A DNA stretch of 32,000 nucleotides, from contig JAFUPC010000033.1 in the NCBI GenBank assembly GCA_017481495.1, positions 22,593 to 54,592 of the forward strand, written 5' to 3'. The position numbers were made by a program, and so were the translations under genes. Under the pieces are notes generated by a model. The model saw only the letters and a program-made list of their open reading frames with translations. It ran no database searches and had not been told where the DNA came from. How positions within the stretch are numbered: position 1 is the stretch's first letter; each line of letters opens with the position of its first letter. Positions 14,984 to 21,593 of this stretch are shown one piece after another. The stretch is from Clostridia bacterium (GTDB lineage Bacteria; Bacillota; Clostridia; Oscillospirales; CAG-272).

Positions 14984-15864
14984 CGAGAGAAACCTGTTAC
15001 CGCATCGGCGGCATTCCGGTATCCGTGCGCATGACGGGCGACGATGTTTTCACGGACGATGGCGTGCTTCTGCCGTTTGCGGAAACCGACACGCCTGCGC
15101 CCGCGCACCGGTACGACATCGTCTGCACCGACACACTGCCAAAACCGACGGGGAACTGCATTTATCATGACCCCGCAAAGCGCGTTTATCTGTCGGATGA
15201 CGGCAAAACGCAGACCCGGTATGTCGGTGCGGTCGGCGAAACCGCCGCCGGCGCATATCTGTGCATTCAGCGAAACGCAAGGGAAACACTTGTCCTTTAC
15301 AAAGGCACCCGCATCACACCGAAAACCGTGCTGTCCTCCCTGGAAGCGGAGCATCTCATCACCGTACACGCGGGGATTCTTTTGCACGCATCGTGTATCC
15401 GATACGAAAACCGCGCGATCCTGTTCACCGCCCCCTCCGGAACCGGAAAATCGACCCAGGCGGATCTCTGGAGCGCCCACCGTCACGCCGAACTCATCAA
15501 CGGCGACCGCGCGGCGGTCTTTTCCCCGGAAACCGACGGCGGCATCCGTGTCCGCGGCATTCCGTATGCCGGAAGCTCCGGTGTCGCACGGTGCGCCGAT
15601 CTGCCGCTTTGGGCGATCGTCTATCTCTCACAGGCAAAGGAAAACACCGTCCGCCGTCTCACGGGACAGGCCGCGTTCCGCGCGGTCTGGGAAGGATGCA
15701 GTGTCAATACCTGGTCAAAAGACGATGTCACCGCCGCCGCCGACACGGTGATGCGCCTCGTCTCGGGCGTTCCCGTCCTGTCGCTTGCCTGCACCAAAGA
15801 CGTCCGCGCCGTGGAAACGCTGGAACACGCGCTGGAAACCGACCGGAAAGGAGTCAACGTTTAA
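14974..15864 (+). CDS. HPr-kinase-like P-loop protein (HprK C-terminal-domain-related)
   Basis: 296 aa. The segment LLHASCIRYENRAILFTAPSGTGKSTQADLW resembles the HPr kinase/phosphorylase nucleotide-binding segment (hG..v...g.gvLi.G.SG.GKS). The gene is embedded between the membrane protein and the rSAM gene. Confidence 0.6.
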   Translation: MPMTRETCYRIGGIPVSVRMTGDDVFTDDGVLLPFAETDTPAPAHRYDIVCTDTLPKPTGNCIYHDPAKRVYLSDDGKTQTRYVGAVGETAAGAYLCIQRNARETLVLYKGTRITPKTVLSSLEAEHLITVHAGILLHASCIRYENRAILFTAPSGTGKSTQADLWSAHRHAELINGDRAAVFSPETDGGIRVRGIPYAGSSGVARCADLPLWAIVYLSQAKENTVRRLTGQAAFRAVWEGCSVNTWSKDDVTAAADTVMRLVSGVPVLSLACTKDVRAVETLEHALETDRKGVNV

Positions 15865-15869
15865 CCGAT

Positions 15870-16997
15870 ATGCAGAAAAAACAAACCGAACCCTATCTTT
15901 CCACCTATCTGCACAGCAAAGGCGCGAAGCTCGGTCTTCCCATCGGCGGGAATTTCGAGCTGACCTCCCGCTGTAACTTCCGCTGTCCGATGTGTTACGT
16001 CCACAATGCCGAAAACGACAGCGAAGCCAAACGGCGGGAGCTTTCCGCCGCAGAATGGATTTCCCTTGCCAAACAAGCGCGCGACCGCGGTATGGTCTTT
16101 GCACTGCTCACCGGCGGGGAACCGTTCGTCAGGCGCGATTTCTTTGAAATTTATCACGCCATGAAAGAAATGGGGATCCTCGTTTCCATCAATTCAAACG
16201 GGTCGCTTCTGGACGGCGAGATCCGCGAAAAGCTGTTTGAAGACCCGCCGTTCCGCGTGAATGTCTCCCTTTACGGGGGATGCGAGGAGACCTACCGTTC
16301 CATGTGCGGACAACCTGTCTTTGAAAAGGTCGTTGACAATATCCGTACTCTGAAAGAACGCGGCATTGATGTCCGGCTGAATCTGTCGATCACGCCGTAT
16401 AACTGTCATGACATCGGGAAAATCTATGAGATCGCAAGCGCGCTGAATGTCCACGTCAAGGCGACCGCCTATATGTACCCGCCCATCCGCGTAAACGGCG
16501 AACAATACGGAACCGGTGTCCGTCTGTCTCCGTCGGAAGCGGCGAAATATATGGTCTCCTGGGACAAAATGCGCTTCACAAAGGAAGAATTTCTCGCGCG
16601 TGCGGAAAATATGCGCAATCTTTGTTCTGTGAACACGCGGGAATGTGCGGCGGATATGGAGGAGGGGGTGTCCTGCCGTGCGGGTTCCTCCGCGTTCTGG
16701 ATCTGCTGGGACGGGTGGATGCTCCCCTGCGGAATGATGCCGGGGCCTGCGGTTGATCCTCTGCGCGACGGTTTCGATGCCGCGTGGGACGAATTGCGGC
16801 AGAAGACCGCGGAGATCCGGATGCCGCACGGGTGCGGAACCTGTCCGAAACGCGATGTCTGTCCCGTGTGCGCGGCGGTGTGTGTGACCGAAACCGGTGC
16901 ATTCGACCGCACGCCAGAATTTGTCTGTGCATCCACAGATGCACTTCTCACCGAAACCGAACTTGCAGCAAAGGAGATGGAACCCCATGCAGATTAA
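15870..16997 (+). CDS. Radical SAM / SPASM-domain peptide-maturase-like enzyme
   Basis: The true start is ATG 15870 (MQKKQTEPYL...). The 578-aa track ORF from 15261 overlaps the previous gene in another frame. It has the radical SAM cluster motif TSRCNFRCPMCY. The C-terminal auxiliary-cluster Cys pattern is CRAGSSAFWICWDGWMLPC ... CGTCPKRDVCPVCAAVC, which is SPASM-type (CxxCx5Cx2-3C). Confidence 0.85.
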   Translation: MQKKQTEPYLSTYLHSKGAKLGLPIGGNFELTSRCNFRCPMCYVHNAENDSEAKRRELSAAEWISLAKQARDRGMVFALLTGGEPFVRRDFFEIYHAMKEMGILVSINSNGSLLDGEIREKLFEDPPFRVNVSLYGGCEETYRSMCGQPVFEKVVDNIRTLKERGIDVRLNLSITPYNCHDIGKIYEIASALNVHVKATAYMYPPIRVNGEQYGTGVRLSPSEAAKYMVSWDKMRFTKEEFLARAENMRNLCSVNTRECAADMEEGVSCRAGSSAFWICWDGWMLPCGMMPGPAVDPLRDGFDAAWDELRQKTAEIRMPHGCGTCPKRDVCPVCAAVCVTETGAFDRTPEFVCASTDALLTETELAAKEMEPHAD

Positions 16998-17247
16998 AAA
17001 AGAATTCGTCCGGCGCGACGTCGCCGGAGAGACGATCCTCGTCCCGTTCGGAAAAACCATTTACGACGCAAACGGACTGTTCGTTTTGAGCGAACTCGGC
17101 GCCTTTTTGTGGGACAGGATCCCGGATGCGGAGAATGAGGAAACGCTGGTGCGCGCGGTACTGGAAGAATATGAGGTGGACGAAGCCACCGCACGGGCGG
17201 ATATCGCGGAATTTCTTGGAAAGCTCCGGGAGATGGGAATTCTGTGA
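16987..17247 (+). CDS. PqqD-family protein (stand-alone RiPP recognition element)
   Basis: 86 aa from ATG 16987, with an AAGGAG SD at 16971-16976. It overlaps the rSAM stop by 11 nt. Sequence: MQIKKEFVRRDVAGETILVPFGKTIYDANGLFVLSELGAFLWDRIPDAENEETLVRAVLEEYEVDEATARADIAEFLGKLREMGIL. This fits the typical PqqD pattern (..LN..g..iW..l.......l...l...Y.vd......Dv..Fl..L...gll). Confidence 0.85.
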   Translation: MQIKKEFVRRDVAGETILVPFGKTIYDANGLFVLSELGAFLWDRIPDAENEETLVRAVLEEYEVDEATARADIAEFLGKLREMGIL

Positions 17248-17273
17248 AAACCCCGGACTGAACCGAAAAAACA

Positions 17274-17323
17274 CCCGGAACATTTGGCAGAAAGTAAAGA
17301 TTCTGTGAAGTTCCGGGATTTTT
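17274..17323 (+). terminator. Probable terminator ending the cassette
   Basis: CCCGGAAC (17274-17281) pairs with GTTCCGGG (17310-17317), followed by ATTTTT. The loop is long (28 nt), so confidence is moderate. Confidence 0.45.
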
Positions 17324-17325
17324 CG

Positions 17326-17354
17326 TTGCTATTTTTCCGGAATTGTGGTATAAT
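17326..17354 (+). promoter_or_regulatory. Promoter of the Rrf2 regulator gene
   Basis: TTGCTA at 17326-17331, a 17-bp spacer, then an extended -10 TGgTATAAT (TATAAT at 17349-17354). Confidence 0.6.
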
Positions 17355-17405
17355 ATTCAGGTCAATGATAAAAAAATCGGCAGACGGAAGGGGAGGTGCG
17401 ATATC

Positions 17406-17831
17406 ATGATGATTTCCACGAAAGGGAAGTATGCCCTGCAGACAATGGTCGATTTAGCACAGCACGGCGGCTGTGACAGCTCAGGTGACTGCGTGTCCCT
17501 GAAAGCCATTGCCGAGCGGCAGAACATTTCCATGAAATATCTGGAAGCGATCGTCGCACTGCTCAACCGCGGAGGACTCGTCAGAAGCACGCGCGGTAAG
17601 GACGGCGGATACCGTCTCGCGCGGCCTGCCGGGGAAATCACCGTTGCGGAGGTCATGGCAATGACAGAGGGGTCGCTTGCGCCCGTTTCCTGCCTGGATA
17701 CGTGTTCCGATGGACAATGTGTCCATGCCGATACCTGCCTGACCCTGCCGCTGTGGCAGAAGCTCGATGCGATGATCGACGGATACCTGTCCGGCATCAC
17801 GATACAGGATATTGTCAACCGCAATGTCTGA
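17406..17831 (+). CDS. Rrf2-family transcriptional regulator (IscR/CymR-like)
   Basis: 141 aa from ATG 17406, with a GGGGAGG SD upstream. The N-terminus MMISTKGKYALQTMVDLAQH is the Rrf2 wHTH. Cys residues in PVSCLDTCSDGQCVHADTC could ligate an Fe-S cluster. The gene lies directly upstream of nifS-nifU. Confidence 0.85.
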   Translation: MMISTKGKYALQTMVDLAQHGGCDSSGDCVSLKAIAERQNISMKYLEAIVALLNRGGLVRSTRGKDGGYRLARPAGEITVAEVMAMTEGSLAPVSCLDTCSDGQCVHADTCLTLPLWQKLDAMIDGYLSGITIQDIVNRNV

Positions 17832-17901
17832 ATGTCAACCATATTGCTTGACTGTCAACCTGACGGTTTACAATAAAATCCCCATTCAAGAATTATTTAC
17901 A

Positions 17902-17982
17902 AATTCCTACACGAAATATAGGAATTAACCCTTGACAAAATGCGCATTCTGTGGTATAATTCCTACTGTAAGAATAGGAATT
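17902..17982 (+). promoter_or_regulatory. nifS promoter flanked and overlapped by two copies of an AATTCCTA-N9-TAGGAATT operator
   Basis: Operator 1 is AATTCCTA (17902-17909) / TAGGAATT (17919-17926). The promoter is TTGACA (17932-17937), a 17-bp spacer and TGgTATAAT (TATAAT at 17955-17960). Operator 2 is AATTCCTA (17958-17965, overlapping the -10) / TAGGAATT (17975-17982); it extends to a 10-bp arm, ATAATTCCTA/TAGGAATTAT. Confidence 0.7.
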
Positions 17983-18010
17983 ATACCATTGTTCATTGGA
18001 GGTAACATCC

Positions 18011-19198
18011 ATGTTTGTATATGCAGACAACGCGGCGACGACAAAAATGAGTCCGACCGCAATCAAGGCCATGACGGAAGCGATGGAAACGGTCTGGGGC
18101 AACCCGTCCAGTCTTCACACCACCGGCCAGACGGCAAAGGAAGCACTGGAAAACGCGAGGGGGACGATCGCTTCGCTGCTCGGCGCGGAACCGCGGGAGA
18201 TCTATTTCACCTCCGGCGGCTCGGAAGCGGACAACCAGGCGATCCTTTCGGCGGCGATCAATGGTGCAAAGAAAAACAAATAGTACATCATTTCCACCGC
18301 ATTTGAACATCATGCGGTTCTCCATACGCTGAAAAAGCTGGAAAAGCAGGGTTATGAGATCGAACTTCTGGACGTGCATGAAAACGGCATCGTCACAGCG
18401 GAACAGGTCAGAGGAGCCATCCGTCCCGATACCGCGCTTGTCACTGTGATGTATGCAAACAATGAGATCGGTACCATCCAGCCCATCCGGGAAATCGGTG
18501 CAGTATGCCGCGAGATGGGTGTTCCGTTTCACACGGATGCTGTGCAGGCGGTCGGGCACATTCCGGTCAACGTCAAAGAGGACAACATTGATATGCTGTC
18601 TGTTTCCGCACACAAGTTCCACGGTCCCAAGGGCATCGGCGTTCTGTACGCAAAACGCGGCACCATCCTCTCCAACGTCATCGAAGGCGGCGCACAGGAG
18701 CGCGGCAAACGTGCGGGCACGGAAAATATGCCGGCGATCGTCGCAATGGCGGCGGCAATGAAAGAAGCCGTTGAAACGATGGATGCAGTGAACGCAAAGA
18801 TCATCCCGATGCGTGAAAAGCTGATCGAGGGTCTTGAAAAGATCCCGCACAGCAAGCTCAACGGCGACAGAAATAGCCGCGTTCCGGGTACGGTCAACTT
18901 CTGCTTTGAGGGCATTGAGGGCGAATCTCTGCTTCTGATGCTTGATGAGGAGGGCATTGAAGCATCCTCCGGTTCTGCCTGCACCTCCGGCTCTCTCGAC
19001 CCCAGCCATGTTTTGCTGGCACTCGGTATGCCGCATGAGGTCGCACACGGTTCTCTGCGTCTCTCCATCTGCGAAAACAACACCGATGAGGAGATCGACC
19101 ACATTCTGCGTGTCGTTCCCGAAGTCGTTTCTTATCTGCGCAATATGTCTCCCGTCTGGGAAGCACTCGAATCCGGCGAAAAGCCGCATCTTATCTGA
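18011..19198 (+). pseudogene. nifS: Cysteine desulfurase (NifS/IscS class V aminotransferase) interrupted by one in-frame TAG at 18281-18283
   Basis: The start is ATG 18011, with a GGAGG SD at 17998-18002. The two track ORFs (17996-18283 and 18374-19198) are in the same frame. The interval between them translates without stops as [39 protein letters not shown], which is canonical NifS sequence. Also present are [10 protein letters not shown] (PLP Lys) and SSGSACTSG (catalytic Cys). Confidence 0.8.
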
Positions 19199-19221
19199 TC
19201 TGGGAAAGGAAAATCAAAGTT

Positions 19222-19668
19222 ATGGCATTATACAGCGAAAAGGTCATGGATCACTTCAAGAATCCCCGCAACGTCGGTAAAATGGAAGATGCAGACGGTA
19301 TCGGCGAGGTCGGCAACGCAAAGTGCGGCGACATCATGAAGATGTACCTTAAAATCGAGGACGGCATCATCGTGGATGTAAAGTTCAATACGTTCGGATG
19401 CGGCAGTGCGATCGCAACATCGTCGATGGCGACCGAGATGATCAAGGGTAAGTCCGTCGATGAAGCGCTCACACTGTCCAACAAGGCGGTCGTCGAAGCA
19501 CTGGACGGTCTGCCCGCACATAAGATCCACTGTTCTGTGCTTGCGGAAGAAGCCGTCAAAGCCGCGATCAAGGATTATTACGACAAAAACGGCATCGAAT
19601 ATGACCACGAGATGTTCTGTGAGGGTGACTGCGCGCACTGTCATGAACACGATGCGGACGGTCTGTGA
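19222..19668 (+). CDS. nifU: Fe-S cluster assembly scaffold NifU/IscU
   Basis: 148 aa. MALYSEKVMDHFKNPRNVG...GNAKCGDIM...FGCGSAIATSS...HCSVLA carries the three conserved IscU Cys residues. Confidence 0.92.
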   Translation: MALYSEKVMDHFKNPRNVGKMEDADGIGEVGNAKCGDIMKMYLKIEDGIIVDVKFNTFGCGSAIATSSMATEMIKGKSVDEALTLSNKAVVEALDGLPAHKIHCSVLAEEAVKAAIKDYYDKNGIEYDHEMFCEGDCAHCHEHDADGL

Positions 19669-19752
19669 TCGTTGTATCATCAAGCAAGAGCCCGGCGAAT
19701 ATACAAAAACTTTACAGAAGCGAGAAAAAATTTACAAAATCTTGAAAAAGAA

Positions 19753-19781
19753 TTGACAAAACTGAACAAAAGGTGTATAAT
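19753..19781 (+). promoter_or_regulatory. Promoter of the CBM-like protein gene
   Basis: TTGACA at 19753-19758, a 17-bp spacer, TATAAT at 19776-19781. Confidence 0.6.
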
Positions 19782-19816
19782 AGAAATACCCAAAACGAAA
19801 GTGAGGTTTATCTCCT

Positions 19817-20539
19817 ATGAAACATCTTTTCAAACTTACCCTCAGCATTGTTCTTGTCATGCTCCTCTGCACGGCAGGACTCTCCGCCTTTTATTCCGAA
19901 GGTACCGAAGTCTACTTCCTCGAATGTGAGGACGGTGTCATCACCGGTGCTGCAAAGGATTACAAGGACGGCAATATCCAGGACGTCGGCATCGCATCGG
20001 GCGGCAAGATCGTCGGTCTCGGCGGCGTCAGTGATGCACCGCAGATGGCATCGTGGGTCACGTTTGCCGATCTTGAGATCCCGGTGAGCGGCGTTTACGC
20101 GGTCACATTCTGCTACGACACCAACGCAGGCGACACGAAGAAGGCTGACATCGTCATCGACGACGTCCGTTACAACGTGCCGATCAACATGGACGAGCTT
20201 CCCGAGCTTTACGGCGAAGAATTCCGTGACTACACGCTGGAGATCGAACTGTCCGCCGGCAAGCATACCTTTGCCGTTACCACGGCCGAGGACTTCAACC
20301 GCGACAGCGCGGCAGGCCCCGTTGTCAAGAGTGTCAATGCCGACTACATCCGCATCGCACTGCTTGCTGAGATCGCTGAGCCGGAACCTGCTCCCGAAAC
20401 CCCTGCGGACGAAGCTCCTGCAGAAGAAGTCGTTGAATCTCTTCCCGAAGAAGCGACCCCTGTCACCGCAGATATGGGTATGATGGCATCCCTGCTTGCA
20501 TTCGCGGCAGCGGCTGTCGTTCTTGTCAAGAGAAAATAA
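19817..20539 (+). CDS. Secreted CBM6/35-like carbohydrate-binding-module protein with a Pro/Glu/Ala linker and a C-terminal TM anchor
   Basis: 240 aa. The signal peptide is MKHLFKLTLSIVLVMLLCTAGLSA. The beta-sandwich-like core ends in ADYIRIAL. A PEPAPETPADEAPAEE linker follows, then MGMMASLLAFAAAAVVLVKRK (a hydrophobic helix plus a basic tail). There is no LPXTG. Confidence 0.55.
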   Translation: MKHLFKLTLSIVLVMLLCTAGLSAFYSEGTEVYFLECEDGVITGAAKDYKDGNIQDVGIASGGKIVGLGGVSDAPQMASWVTFADLEIPVSGVYAVTFCYDTNAGDTKKADIVIDDVRYNVPINMDELPELYGEEFRDYTLEIELSAGKHTFAVTTAEDFNRDSAAGPVVKSVNADYIRIALLAEIAEPEPAPETPADEAPAEEVVESLPEEATPVTADMGMMASLLAFAAAAVVLVKRK

Positions 20540-20552
20540 TTGCACAACAAAT

Positions 20553-20580
20553 AAGGGGTGCCGTGCGGCATCCCTTTGTT
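20553..20580 (+). terminator. Intrinsic terminator
   Basis: AAGGGGTGCC-gtgc-GGCATCCCTT hairpin (one G-U pair), followed by TTTGTT. Confidence 0.65.
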
Positions 20581-20615
20581 ATACAACTGATTATACAGGA
20601 AAGCGAGGATTTCAG

Positions 20616-21434
20616 ATGACATCCTATGAACTCTGGTCGGAATCGACCGCAATCCCCGGCAGCCGGGAATCCTGCATCCCGCGCATTCATTATTACCGGG
20701 CGAAACGCAGAACCCACAAGGGAAGCATCATCATTTTTCCGGGCGGCGGCTACAACCACCGTGCGGCGCATGAGGGACAGGGTTACGCCGTTGATTTTGT
20801 GAACGCACACGGAATGGATGCGTTTGTTGTTGATTACCGTGTTTATCCGGATTTTTATCCCGCACCACTTCTGGATGCGCGGCGGGCAGTACGGTTTGTA
20901 CGGTATCACGCACCGGATTTCGGACTGGATGCGAAACGGGTCGCCGTCATGGGTTCCTCCGCCGGCGGAAATCTCATCGGTCTGCTGTGCTCCGATGCCG
21001 CACTGAATACGAACATCGCGGCATATGAGACCGGAGACGAGATCGACGCGCTTGACTGTATGCCGAATGCGCAGATCCACTGTTATTCCTACATCAGTAT
21101 GTGCGAGGAGGGTCTGCGGCATGACGGATGTTCAAAAAATCTCCTGTCGGAAACAAAGATGAACCTCTGTACGGATATATCGCCGGAGCTGCACATCGCG
21201 GACAATGCGCCGCCCGCGTTTATGTTCCATACTTTTGCGGATGAAACGGTGAATGTCATCCATTGCCTGCGGTATGCGGAACGCCTGAAAAACAAGAATA
21301 TCCCATGCGAAGTCCACATTTTTCCGGAGGGCGCGCACGGTATGGGTCTCGGCGTGCACCCCGACCGCGGAAATCCCCATGCGGCACAGTGGCCGGGTCT
21401 GCTCTGGAACTGGCTCATCCATCGTGGATTTTAA
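20616..21434 (+). CDS. Alpha/beta-hydrolase fold esterase/lipase (HSL/acetyl-esterase-like)
   Basis: 272 aa from ATG 20616, with a GCGAGGA SD. It has the oxyanion-hole motif FPGGGY and the nucleophile elbow GSSAGG, with later D and H residues (FADETV, GAHGMG). Confidence 0.8.
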   Translation: MTSYELWSESTAIPGSRESCIPRIHYYRAKRRTHKGSIIIFPGGGYNHRAAHEGQGYAVDFVNAHGMDAFVVDYRVYPDFYPAPLLDARRAVRFVRYHAPDFGLDAKRVAVMGSSAGGNLIGLLCSDAALNTNIAAYETGDEIDALDCMPNAQIHCYSYISMCEEGLRHDGCSKNLLSETKMNLCTDISPELHIADNAPPAFMFHTFADETVNVIHCLRYAERLKNKNIPCEVHIFPEGAHGMGLGVHPDRGNPHAAQWPGLLWNWLIHRGF

Positions 21435-21489
21435 TTCACGATGAATGTTACATCGGGGATTCTGATGAATTTTTATAAAAAGCATAAAC

Positions 21490-21545
21490 AAACGGACTGC
21501 TGTACTGGTGCTGAAAATGCACCGCGCAAACGGCAGTCCGTTTTT
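21490..21545. terminator. Bidirectional terminator between convergent genes
   Basis: AAACGGACTGC (21490-21500) pairs with GCAGTCCGTTT (21533-21543), an 11-bp perfect stem. It encloses a second hairpin, GGTGC-tgaaaa-GCACC. T-runs are present on both strands. Confidence 0.6.
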
Positions 21546-21593
21546 CGGTTTTCCGGAAATGTGATCCGAAAAACGATTTTTACAAAAATCCGA

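Noticed and set aside
15261-15869. N-terminal 203-aa extension of the rSAM ORF (track ORF 15261-16997)
   Set aside because: It overlaps the HprK-like gene in another frame with Arg/Pro-rich nonsense. The ATG at 15870 gives a normal rSAM N-terminus, just after the upstream stop.
18281-18283. Pyrrolysine or stop-codon reassignment as the explanation for the in-frame TAG
   Set aside because: There is only one in-frame TAG among about 25 genes, and the window has no pyl genes or suppressor tRNA. An error or a nonsense mutation is far more likely. I kept it as a finding to test, not as a claim.
17993-19189. 398-aa minus-strand ORF opposite nifS
   Set aside because: It is a shadow ORF. The plus strand carries the full set of class V aminotransferase motifs.
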